Shown here: positions 41,171 through 50,178 of the stretch, piece after piece
Position numbering within the stretch: the stretch's first letter is position 1
Layout: each line of letters begins with the position of its first letter
NCBI GenBank assembly: GCA_041660605.1
Contig: JBAZWB010000001.1
Span: 393,295 to 457,294 of the forward strand
Source: Patescibacteria group bacterium
Lineage (GTDB): Bacteria > Patescibacteriota > Patescibacteriia > UBA10025 > JAHIVO01
DNA length: 64,000 nucleotides
Direction: 5' to 3'
Notes under the pieces: model-generated
Told to the model about the DNA's origin: nothing
The model's input: only the letters and a program-made list of their open reading frames with translations
Databases searched by the model: none
Made by a program: the position numbers and the translations under genes

Positions 41171-44100
41171 GCAAACATCCCCTAACGATATTACTTTTAG
41201 GCTCTGGCGCCTTAAAAATCGGCCAGGCAGGGGAATTTGATTATTCTGGTTCGCAGGCCATTAAAGCAATTAAAGCATGCGGTTACCGGGTTGTTCTGAT
41301 AAATCCAAATGTCGCTACTATTCAGACGTCAGACAGCTTGGCTGATGAGGTTTATTTTCTGCCAGTTGACGCTTATTTTGCTGAAAAGGTGATTACCGCG
41401 GAACGGCCATACGGCATTATGCTTGGTTTTGGCGGCCAAACAGCTCTTAACTGCGGGCTTGAATTAGACCGACGGGGTGTTTTGAAAAAGTATAGTGTTA
41501 AAGTTCTTGGGACGCCAATTAAAAGTATCCGTTTAACCGAGGACAGGGAACTGTTCGCGAATTTTATGGTACGCAACGGTTTTTGCGTGCCGCGTAGCAA
41601 AGCGGTAACGTCTGTTAAAGCAGCCCAGAGTGCGGCCAAACGGATAGGGTATCCGGTAATGATCCGCAGCGGATTTTCATTGGGTGGACTCGGTTCAGGC
41701 ATAGTGCAAACGCCTAGTGAATTGATTGCCATCGCTACTGCAGCGCTGGCTCACGCTCCGCAAATTCTCATTGAAGAATGCCTGCGCGGTTGGAAGGAAG
41801 TTGAGTATGAGGTGGTCAGGGACAGCAGCGGAAATTGCTGTACAATTTGCAATATGGAAAATCTTGATCCGCTTGGTATACATACGGGAGACAGCATTGT
41901 CGTAGCGCCATCCCAGACTCTTAACAACCGTGAGTACCATAGTCTGCGATCTATATCCATTAATGTAATTAAAAAGCTGGGTATTATCGGCGAGTGCAAT
42001 ATCCAGTTTGCCCTTGATCCAATTTCGGATAAGTATCGGATTATCGAAGTTAATGCCCGCCTTTCCCGTTCTTCCGCGCTCGCCTCCAAGGCTACAGGAT
42101 ATCCGCTGGCCGCGGTGGCAGCTCAGCTGGCGCTGGGGAAGCAATTAACAGAGATACGGAACGCAGTGACGAAAAAAACCCCGGCTTTTTTCGAACCCGC
42201 GCTTGATTATATCGTTTTGAAATTCCCGCGTTGGGATTTCTCCAAATTTCTCCATGCTGACCTGAGTATCGGTAGTCAGATGAAAAGCGTCGGTGAGGTG
42301 ATGGCCATCGGCCGAAGCTTCCCGGAAGTCCTCCAAAAAGCCATTCGCATGCTGGATATCGGCCGTGACAGCATATTAGATAAAAATCCGGATCCTGTCG
42401 CACTGGCTGACGCCGCTAAGCCGACACCGCAAAGAATTTTTTACTTGGCTGCCGCTTTATATCATGGCATTTCACCAGCTGTACTATCTAAGCGCACAGG
42501 GATTGACCGCTGGTTTCTCAGTCAAATCCAAGATATTACAAAATTACAAAAGCAGCTGCAAAGCTCTTTATTCAATCAGTTTAATAAATCAACCCTTTTG
42601 GAAGCGAAGCAATTTGGTTTCAGCGACTGCCTGCTTGGTAAACTCTGCGGAATGAGTAGCGATCAGATTCGCGCCAAACGCAAGCAATTTGATGTTTTGC
42701 CATATGTGAAACGCATTGATACGGTCGCGGCTGAGTTTCCCGCTCAGACAAATTATCTCTATTGCACTTATCACGCCACCGCTTCTGACCGGCTTCCCGA
42801 TAAACGAAAGTCGGCCGTGGTTATCGGGTCAGGGGTATACCGGATCGGATCATCCGTGGAGTTTGACTGGTGCGCAGTAAATGCGGCTGCTGAACTGCAC
42901 CGGCAGGGATTCAGTTCAATAATGATCAACTGCAATCCTGAAACTGTTTCAACTGACTATGATGTCAGTGATGCACTATATTTTGAGGAGCTGACGCTGG
43001 AGCGGGTTTTGGATATTTGTGATCACGAAAATCCTGAAGGTGCGGTGGTTTCAGTCGGCGGCCAGGTAGCCAATAATCTTGCTTTGGGTCTGGCCAAGCG
43101 GAGAATTAATTTGCTGGGCACCTCGGCGAAAGCCATTGATAACGCGGAGGATAGACATAAATTTTCCAAGCTGTTGGATCGTTTGGGAATCAAGCAACCA
43201 GCCTGGACTGAAGCGACAACGGCCGTCGCGACCGAGTCTTTTGCTGAACGCGTTGGTTTCCCGGTAATAATCCGGCCGAGCTATGTCCTTAGCGGATCAG
43301 CGATGAATGTGGCGACTAACATGAACCAGCTTCGCCTGTTCCTGCGTGATGCCGCGCTTGTTTCACCAGAGCATCCAGTTGTAGTTTCAAAATTTGAAAT
43401 TGACGCACATGAAATTGACGTTGATGCAGTAGCGCAGAATGGGAGGATATTGACTGCTATTGTTTCCGAGCATGTTGAAAATGCCGGCGTGCATTCGGGA
43501 GACGCAACGCTGGTCCTGCCCCCGCAGAAAGTTTATATTGAAACATACCAGCAAATTAAGGAAGCAGTTAATAAAATAGCCGCAGAGTTGCAGATAACCG
43601 GTCCATGCAATTTTCAATTTCTTGCCCGGGACAACCAGATAAAAGTGATTGAATGCAATTTGCGTGCTTCACGGAGCTTTCCTTTTGCCTCAAAGGTAAC
43701 CAATATTAATCTTATTAAATTGTCAATCCAGGCAATGGTCCTGCGTCAGGTGGCCCCTCATCCTGTGCCGCGCTTGCCTTACGTAGCAGTGAAGGCGCCC
43801 CAATTTTCTTTTCATCGGTTGACCGGCACTGATCCGATACTGCGTGTTGAGATGGCTTCAACCGGCGAAGTGGCCTCGTTCGGTCGGGATGTATATGAGG
43901 CATTTCTTAAATCAGTTTTGGCAACCGGCTTCCGCCTTCCTCGCCGGAGCATTCTGCTAAGTCTAGGCGGGGAGCATAATAAAATGAAACTGCTTGATGA
44001 AATTCAGTCTCTGGCTAACAGGGGATTCTATCTTTTTGCCACGGAGAATACTCATGAATTCCTGACCGCACGGGGGATTGCCAGCAAATTATTGCATAAA

Positions 44101-44370
44101 ATTCACATTACGAAAGAACCGAACATCAGGTCTTACCTTCAGCAGCATAAAATTGAGCTGGTCATAAATCTGGCACACCAGTTTGAGGGTGAAGTAATAC
44201 GCGATGATTATGTTATGCGCCGGTTAGCAATTGATTTCAATGTTCCTCTAATAACCAATCTGCAATTGGCGCAGCTATTTCTCCGTGCAATTCAGTGTAA
44301 AAATCTTGATGACCTTCAGGCAAAACCCTGGTCAGCATACCGGCCCTTAGTTAATGCGAAAAAATTATAG
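41167..44370 (+). CDS. carB: Carbamoyl-phosphate synthase large subunit
   Basis: GQAGEFDYSG, IEVNARLSRSSALASKATGYP, NCNPETVSTDYD, MGS domain. Confidence 0.98.
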   Translation: MSKHPLTILLLGSGALKIGQAGEFDYSGSQAIKAIKACGYRVVLINPNVATIQTSDSLADEVYFLPVDAYFAEKVITAERPYGIMLGFGGQTALNCGLELDRRGVLKKYSVKVLGTPIKSIRLTEDRELFANFMVRNGFCVPRSKAVTSVKAAQSAAKRIGYPVMIRSGFSLGGLGSGIVQTPSELIAIATAALAHAPQILIEECLRGWKEVEYEVVRDSSGNCCTICNMENLDPLGIHTGDSIVVAPSQTLNNREYHSLRSISINVIKKLGIIGECNIQFALDPISDKYRIIEVNARLSRSSALASKATGYPLAAVAAQLALGKQLTEIRNAVTKKTPAFFEPALDYIVLKFPRWDFSKFLHADLSIGSQMKSVGEVMAIGRSFPEVLQKAIRMLDIGRDSILDKNPDPVALADAAKPTPQRIFYLAAALYHGISPAVLSKRTGIDRWFLSQIQDITKLQKQLQSSLFNQFNKSTLLEAKQFGFSDCLLGKLCGMSSDQIRAKRKQFDVLPYVKRIDTVAAEFPAQTNYLYCTYHATASDRLPDKRKSAVVIGSGVYRIGSSVEFDWCAVNAAAELHRQGFSSIMINCNPETVSTDYDVSDALYFEELTLERVLDICDHENPEGAVVSVGGQVANNLALGLAKRRINLLGTSAKAIDNAEDRHKFSKLLDRLGIKQPAWTEATTAVATESFAERVGFPVIIRPSYVLSGSAMNVATNMNQLRLFLRDAALVSPEHPVVVSKFEIDAHEIDVDAVAQNGRILTAIVSEHVENAGVHSGDATLVLPPQKVYIETYQQIKEAVNKIAAELQITGPCNFQFLARDNQIKVIECNLRASRSFPFASKVTNINLIKLSIQAMVLRQVAPHPVPRLPYVAVKAPQFSFHRLTGTDPILRVEMASTGEVASFGRDVYEAFLKSVLATGFRLPRRSILLSLGGEHNKMKLLDEIQSLANRGFYLFATENTHEFLTARGIASKLLHKIHITKEPNIRSYLQQHKIELVINLAHQFEGEVIRDDYVMRRLAIDFNVPLITNLQLAQLFLRAIQCKNLDDLQAKPWSAYRPLVNAKKL

Positions 44371-44411
44371 ATTAACAAAATGCAAATTAAGAGGACTTTA
44401 TCCCTCTTTTT

Positions 44412-44753
44412 TTAATCAAGGTTTTTTATTGAGGGATTCCCTGGTTGTTCTGATTTGTGCTGAGATGACTTGAATTTTTTGATCTGCCTGATAAGCTTCG
44501 GCATACACAGGTCAATGGCCTCGCGCATATGTTCGGCTTTTTGTCCGGCTTTGATGTTTTCTCCCGGCATTTCCACGGAAATCTCCACGCGGTTTATCAA
44601 CCCTGTCTTCTGGTTATGATCAAAATCCAGTTCCACCTTTATTTTTGTCGGAACTCCAGGCAGGAGCTGGTCAATTTTTTCCACCTTTTTGGTGATGTAC
44701 ACTTTTAAAGCCTCATCCAGCTTAAAATCTTTCCCACTGATAGTAATTGACAT
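44412..44753 (-). CDS. hpf: Ribosome hibernation factor (RaiA/HPF, short form)
   Basis: ITISGKDF.L.EALK.YI..KV.KI, AID...KL.RQIKKFK. Confidence 0.85.
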   Translation of the reverse strand: MSITISGKDFKLDEALKVYITKKVEKIDQLLPGVPTKIKVELDFDHNQKTGLINRVEISVEMPGENIKAGQKAEHMREAIDLCMPKLIRQIKKFKSSQHKSEQPGNPSIKNLD

Positions 44754-44873
44754 ATTTTTTTATTAATTATTTATATTTTACCATGGATTGACAAATGCTT
44801 CCAGTCGTGGTACTCTGATCTGATTTAATCTGATACGCAACATTTGTAGAGAAGGAATTTAAGGAGGAGAGAG

Positions 44874-45524
44874 TTGAATAAAATTGTACTTTGGTTTCGG
44901 TATATGTTCAATTTCCAAGGGCTACCGGCAACAGGCGATCCGCGACAGGCTGACGTAGTCATCGTTCAGGCATTCGGTCGAAATGGATTCTCTGACCAGG
45001 AACTGAATATGCTTGGTAAACTAACTGAAGTTGAACAAATCAGTGATGTTGAGATGATGGATATCCTTCGTCAGTGGAATTTTGATCCAGGGCAATCAAA
45101 CAGGGAATTAGCCGAAGAGTGCCGCAGGATAATGGACAAATATAAATTGTCTGCTATCGTCCAATGGGAGATTGCTGTGGCATTTCCGACTGACTGGTAT
45201 GCCGCAAACAACCAACGTATTATCTGCCTTTGGCCATCAGCTGAATCATTACAGTATTTTTCTACCCGCAAGGTATTGGAAAATACTCTAGCTAAAATGA
45301 TAAAACGAAGGTGGTCATTGCCGATTGAATTGGCGCACCACGGCCAGATTCTCCGAGCCTATCTGATGGTCAGAAAAATTTTTGGAAACGCACCGGTTAT
45401 TCTATCGCCGTACCCAAAAAGCTTTGACCGCAAATCGGTTCAACCATGGACACGCAGTCGTTGGCGCTGGCTCTGCAGGGAAATCATTGTTCGTTGGCAT
45501 CATTTGCTAAAAAGATGGGTGTGA
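44874..45524 (+). CDS. Hypothetical protein
   Basis: TTGACA-17-TACTCT (44788-44816), AAGGAGG SD before TTG, terminator 45538-45570. Confidence 0.75.
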   Translation: MNKIVLWFRYMFNFQGLPATGDPRQADVVIVQAFGRNGFSDQELNMLGKLTEVEQISDVEMMDILRQWNFDPGQSNRELAEECRRIMDKYKLSAIVQWEIAVAFPTDWYAANNQRIICLWPSAESLQYFSTRKVLENTLAKMIKRRWSLPIELAHHGQILRAYLMVRKIFGNAPVILSPYPKSFDRKSVQPWTRSRWRWLCREIIVRWHHLLKRWV

Positions 45525-45537
45525 AAGATCAAAATCG

Positions 45538-45570
45538 GGGTGACTACTGGCGACAGTAGCACCCTTTTTT
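45538..45570 (+). terminator. Intrinsic terminator
   Basis: GGGTG-A-CTACTG-GCGA-CAGTAG-CACCC + T tract. Confidence 0.8.
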
Positions 45571-46462
45571 ATTTATTGTAAAATTTTTTAATTATTTGTT
45601 CAGCTTTTGAAATTTTATTTATCCAGTGAATGCGCTGGTCGCGCTTAAACCAGGTCATCTGGCGCTTGGCGTATTTATGTATGGCATTTTCTAATTGGGC
45701 GACCATTTGCAGGCGAGTTAAAATCCCACGCAGGTAGAGACTGACATAGCGGTATTCCAGGCCGATATCGTAGAGCCTCTTCCAGCTGACTCCCTGTTGG
45801 TGAAGCTTTTTTACTTCGGTGATCATCCCCTGGCTAATTCTTTTTTTCAGCCGCTGGTCAATGAGTTTATTTAATTTTTTGCGTGGCAATGATATTCCTA
45901 TTATTAGGGGATCAAAAGGGGATTGTTTTTTTAGAGGTGCAATTAATTTACCAGTAGCCTTTATTATCTCAATCGCGCGTATCAGCCGATAAGGATTTTT
46001 TTTGTCTATCGATTTGGCACGACGGGGATCAAGTTTTTTTAATATATTATAAAGCTGGCTGGTGGTTTTTTTTGACAGCTGATGGCGCAATTTTTTATCC
46101 GGTTTTACTTTTGGCAGATCAAGGTCATCAACCACTGATTGTATCCAAAAACCGGTACCGCCGGTGAGAATGGGCAGCTTGTTTTTATTATAGATTTTTT
46201 TAATTACCAGTAAAGCCTGGCGCTTGAAATGCGAGACGTTGAATTCCCGCTGCGGGTCTGCTACGTCCAGGAGGTAATGTTTGGCCTGCCGCTGTTCTGT
46301 CTTTGAAGCTTTGCCGCTGCCGATATCCATACCCCGGAAAACCTGGCGGGAATCAGCGGAGATTATTTCGCCATTGTATTTCTTGGCCAGTTTGATGGCC
46401 AGGGATGTCTTGCCAGAGGCGGTAGGTCCGAGAATGACAATTAATTTTGGTTTGTTTCGCAT
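45569..46462 (-). CDS. miaA: tRNA dimethylallyltransferase
   Basis: GPTASGKT, SADSRQV, GGTGF, YAKRQMTWF. Confidence 0.97.
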   Translation of the reverse strand: MRNKPKLIVILGPTASGKTSLAIKLAKKYNGEIISADSRQVFRGMDIGSGKASKTEQRQAKHYLLDVADPQREFNVSHFKRQALLVIKKIYNKNKLPILTGGTGFWIQSVVDDLDLPKVKPDKKLRHQLSKKTTSQLYNILKKLDPRRAKSIDKKNPYRLIRAIEIIKATGKLIAPLKKQSPFDPLIIGISLPRKKLNKLIDQRLKKRISQGMITEVKKLHQQGVSWKRLYDIGLEYRYVSLYLRGILTRLQMVAQLENAIHKYAKRQMTWFKRDQRIHWINKISKAEQIIKKFYNK

Positions 46463-46594
46463 GCATTTATTTTACACTATATCCATATTTTTAAAAACTT
46501 AATTGGTCGATATTATGTTGTCTTGACAATCAATATACTTCGTGCTAATATAGCAAGTCATTTGTACATTAAGCCCAAAGGAAGGAGGAACGTT

Positions 46595-46945
46595 ATGGTA
46601 TATTCTATTTGGGTAATCGGTCGCGACGAGCTGCCTATCAGTGTCGCTGATTTGCTTAGGGGGATATTTAAGCAGGCGACGATTGAGGTGGTACCTGTTG
46701 ATGATTTTCGGGATAAACCCGGAACTGCTGACCTTGCAGTGATCACCAACTATGACCTTGGCCAGGGTAAAAATGCCATTCAGTTAATGGCATCCCGACC
46801 GGATTTCAGTTATTTGTGGATGGTTAGTGGGGTAACCCGCCCTCTGGCTCAGCATGTGCCGAGCCACATTAGTCGACAAATAGTTGATAAACCGGCTAAC
46901 TCTCAGGAATTGGCCGAAGCAGTTACTCGCGCTCTGTGCATCTAA
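46595..46945 (+). CDS. Hypothetical protein, possibly a degenerate receiver (REC)-like fold
   Basis: DLAVITNYDLG, MVSG, VDKP pattern resembles a REC domain with Asn at the phospho-Asp position; own promoter (46523-46551), SD and terminator (46971-47006). Confidence 0.6.
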   Translation: MVYSIWVIGRDELPISVADLLRGIFKQATIEVVPVDDFRDKPGTADLAVITNYDLGQGKNAIQLMASRPDFSYLWMVSGVTRPLAQHVPSHISRQIVDKPANSQELAEAVTRALCI

Positions 46946-47080
46946 GTGCACTAAATGAAATAGGAATTCCGCCGTTGTTACCACCCTGGTACAACGGCCT
47001 TTTTTTATTTAGCCTAGGCTTGACAGGCGGGAAGGAAAGTGATAATATTTTATGAAATATACGTTAGTTAGGAGGGTTGT

Positions 47081-47377
47081 ATGTCTGAAATTCTTATTGT
47101 CGGTGATTCTGTATCAGTCGCTACTGCCAGGCAACTATTGGAAAGTACGACATGGCACACTATTTCCGTTGCTATGAGTCCGGAAGAGGCAGCCGCTAAA
47201 GACAGGATCCGTATTGATGGAAACCTACAGGGCTTTGATCTGATTATGGCGTTTGGATTAGAAAGGAGAGCTTTCAATCAAATCTGTCATTGCCGGCCCG
47301 ATCAGTTAATCCTGACTTTTCCGACGGTTCCGGAAGATGTGTCGAAGAAGGTGGAAGAGGCACTATCGGTTCCTTAA
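47081..47377 (+). CDS. Hypothetical protein
   Basis: TTGACA-17-TAATAT (47020-47048), AGGAGG SD, terminator 47396-47423. Confidence 0.7.
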   Translation: MSEILIVGDSVSVATARQLLESTTWHTISVAMSPEEAAAKDRIRIDGNLQGFDLIMAFGLERRAFNQICHCRPDQLILTFPTVPEDVSKKVEEALSVP

Positions 47378-47518
47378 GATCTCTCTATGCTGCACGGCTG
47401 CCCTTGCCAGGCGGCCTTTTTTTATTTGTCCGGGCTTGACTAAATACGTAAAAAGTAATATACTTCGTTAATATTTGTTGGTTTTGTCCTTTGTCATTAA
47501 AAAAAAGTAGGAGGTCAG

Positions 47519-48034
47519 TTGCGAAACAGCTTTACTATGCCAAGTGAGCACCATCATGTACGTCTCGCGGCATCGTTTGCTGCCATCTTCTTTGCCATCG
47601 GATGGGTACCGGTTGAGTTAATAGTTCCGTTTTTAGTGAAATTGTTCCAGCTTCGCGGACTTGTTTTTATCGCCTTGTCATTGCATAAGGCGATTTATGT
47701 GGTTGGATTCATACTTTCGCTAAATACGCTTCTCAACCATGCCAGCGGCAGGCGTTATCTTGAAAAACGCAAGTTTGGTCGATTTCTTCTGAAACTCTTG
47801 GGGCACAAAAACTCCGGACGTTTACACGGCTGGCGGCTAGTGGTTTATGAGATTTGGTATCACGCGGGTTTAGCGGTCTTCGGATTTTTTCCAATTTTTG
47901 TAAAATTTGCTATTGCACGCTGCTCCCTGTATCCCCGGTTTTCCGCGATTTCATGCGTGGTGACAGCTACTACCCTCGGTTCTTATCTGATTGTCTATTA
48001 TGGCGTTGATGTACTCAATTGGTTCATCGGTTAA
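47519..48034 (+). CDS. Hypothetical membrane protein
   Basis: TTGACT-17-TATACT (47436-47464), AGGAGGT SD before TTG, about 4 hydrophobic segments. Confidence 0.7.
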   Translation: MRNSFTMPSEHHHVRLAASFAAIFFAIGWVPVELIVPFLVKLFQLRGLVFIALSLHKAIYVVGFILSLNTLLNHASGRRYLEKRKFGRFLLKLLGHKNSGRLHGWRLVVYEIWYHAGLAVFGFFPIFVKFAIARCSLYPRFSAISCVVTATTLGSYLIVYYGVDVLNWFIG

Positions 48035-48066
48035 ACCGCAGGCATTTTCTAAGTGCAGGCGGTTTT

Positions 48067-49446
48067 TTATTTATCCAGTTTTCCTGCTAAACCCCAGGCG
48101 CTGGCTTTTTCTATTTTTACGTTTATAAACTGGCCAATGAGGTCCTGCGTACTTATTACCTCAACGGTTTTAAAACCCTCGGTTTTGCCGTGAAAAACGT
48201 TCTTACCGCGGCCGCGCTTGTCAATCAGCACTTTCTGCGTGGTGCCGATTAATTTCTTGTTATTTTCCAGTGCAGTTTTCGCCAGAATGTCGTTTAATAT
48301 TTTTTCGCGCTCCATTTTGGTTTTTTTCGGCACATCGTCGGGAAAAAAGCGCGCGGCCGCGGTGCCCAGGCGGGGAGAGTATTGCGCCAGGTAGGCCATG
48401 TCGTATTTTACGGTTTTCATCAGCTCTGCCGTTTGCTGGAATTGCTCATTTGTTTCACCGGGAAAACCGACGATGACGTCAGTGGTGATAGCTACCCCTG
48501 GCCAGGCAGCGCGCAGGCGTTTTATCAGATCTAGATAATACCGGCGGTTATGGCGACGGTTCATACGCCGCAATATTTCATCATCACCCGATTGGATCGG
48601 CAAATGAAAAAACCGGGTCATTTTTTCGCACTGCGGCAAAGTCTTTAAAAGCTCCTCTGAAACATCCTGCGGATTGGAGGTCAGAAATCGTATCCAGAAA
48701 TTACCAGGCAGGCTGTTTATTTTAATTAATAATTCAGAAAAATCCTTGGGCACTTTAGTAGTGGCTGTGCGCCATTGGATTGCCTGGCCTTTCTTAAAAC
48801 GCCAGTAATCCCGCGAGCGAGATTCCAGAATATCCTTGTCGTGGTTTTTTTCCGGATCAATATAAGCATTGACGTTCTGGCCCAGCAAGGTAATTTCCTT
48901 GTACCCTTGGTTTATCAGGTTTTTTACTTCGTTAATAATATCCGAAGAGGGGCGTGAAGCCTCCTGTCCGCGGGTATATGGCACGGCGCAGTAGGTGCAA
49001 TAATTATTGCAGCCGGTCATGATAGGAATAAAAGCCTGAAAGGGGGAGCTATGCAGAGCATCCAAAGACAGGTAATCAGCATTAGTTATTGTTTCTTTGG
49101 TTTTGAGCTTTTTATCCAGCCCAAGTAGTTGGGGAAATCCGGCAATATCTTTAATCTCCAAAAAAATGTCAAAATCTTTCTGTAATTTAATTCTGTCTGC
49201 GGGTAGTACACAGCCGGTTAGAATCAATTTAAGAGGGCGTTCTTTTTTCCAAAGGCGCCATTTTTCTATGCTGCCAAAAATTCTGTCCATGGCTTTCTGC
49301 CTGACTGAGCAGGAAACGACGATTATCAGGTCTGCTTGATTTTCATTTTGAGTGGCCTCACAATCATGGGATTGCAAAATGCTGGCCAGACGTTCAGCAT
49401 CTGACCAGTTCATCTGGCAGCCAATGGTAAATAAGTAATATTTCAT
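48067..49446 (-). CDS. miaB: tRNA methylthiotransferase MiaB
   Basis: GCQMN, SCSVR, GCNNYCTYC radical SAM motif, TDVIVGFPGET, TRAM domain; start moved to ATG 49446. Confidence 0.93.
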   Translation of the reverse strand: MKYYLFTIGCQMNWSDAERLASILQSHDCEATQNENQADLIIVVSCSVRQKAMDRIFGSIEKWRLWKKERPLKLILTGCVLPADRIKLQKDFDIFLEIKDIAGFPQLLGLDKKLKTKETITNADYLSLDALHSSPFQAFIPIMTGCNNYCTYCAVPYTRGQEASRPSSDIINEVKNLINQGYKEITLLGQNVNAYIDPEKNHDKDILESRSRDYWRFKKGQAIQWRTATTKVPKDFSELLIKINSLPGNFWIRFLTSNPQDVSEELLKTLPQCEKMTRFFHLPIQSGDDEILRRMNRRHNRRYYLDLIKRLRAAWPGVAITTDVIVGFPGETNEQFQQTAELMKTVKYDMAYLAQYSPRLGTAAARFFPDDVPKKTKMEREKILNDILAKTALENNKKLIGTTQKVLIDKRGRGKNVFHGKTEGFKTVEVISTQDLIGQFINVKIEKASAWGLAGKLDK

Positions 49447-49529
49447 AATGTGTTTAATTCTAAGGCTAAAAAGGTTCCAAGGCAAGGGCAATTGTGTTAT
49501 ACTGGAAATATCATTAATTTCCGCGGAAA

Positions 49530-49679
49530 ATGACTGACGAATTTAAAAAACAGATAGAGAAAGAAGAGCTGATAGGCACCGATCAGAAATTAGGTACTGG
49601 CATGAAAGTAGCTCTGACTACCATCGTTGTCCTTTCGGTGGCGGCAGGCGTGGCCGTAGCTTTGTTCTTAGCTAAGTAG
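49530..49679 (+). CDS. 49-aa C-terminally anchored membrane microprotein
   Basis: MTDEFKKQIEKEELIGTDQKLGTGMKVALTTIVVLSVAAGVAVALFLAK; TGT-TATACT upstream; hairpin + T tract near 49745-49770. Confidence 0.6.
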   Translation: MTDEFKKQIEKEELIGTDQKLGTGMKVALTTIVVLSVAAGVAVALFLAK

Positions 49680-50000
49680 ATAAGAACAAAGATAATTCGG
49701 ATTTGTTTGGTGATAGTTTGATTATTTTTTTGGTATACAGAATCCCAATTTAGCAAATTGGCTTTTTTTTGATTATGATTGTGTTATTAGATTGTCCACA
49801 TAAAGCATATTGACAATTTTTAGCACATACCCTAAGATAAATGAACTTATTTGTACATTCATGTTAATAATCGGGGAGGTTCCTAGGGTCGGAGGTGAGT
49901 TTGACCCGCAGGCTGTTTGTGCATTGCGCACCCAAACGTTTTTAAGTGGCCAGTTACCATTGGTTGTCTCGGCATCGTATCTGCAGGACTTCTTACCGTA

Positions 50001-50137
50001 GGCAGCCAAATGCGTTTTGTGGTGAATAAAAAAATAAAACTGGCAAAGCCCCTAGCTAGGCATTATCTCAGCGGAATTTTCTCAGTGGAAGCGTCCCAAT
50101 GGATTTTCTGCCAGTGATCGCAAACACCCAGCCTCCC
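50001..50137 (-). ncRNA. Candidate rod-shaped ncRNA (6S-like)
   Basis: TATAAT at 50148-50143; GGCUGGGUGU pairs with GCAUUUGGCU; inner stem ACUGGCA/UGCCAGU; U-rich bubble. Confidence 0.3.
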
Positions 50138-50178
50138 CAACCATTATATATAGGGAATCGACATAAAGTCAGATTCCC

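Noticed and set aside
49810-50001. ORF behind a TTGACA/TAAGAT promoter
   Set aside because: The TTG start is the -35 box itself; the ATG at 49861 lacks an SD and the peptide has no recognisable features.
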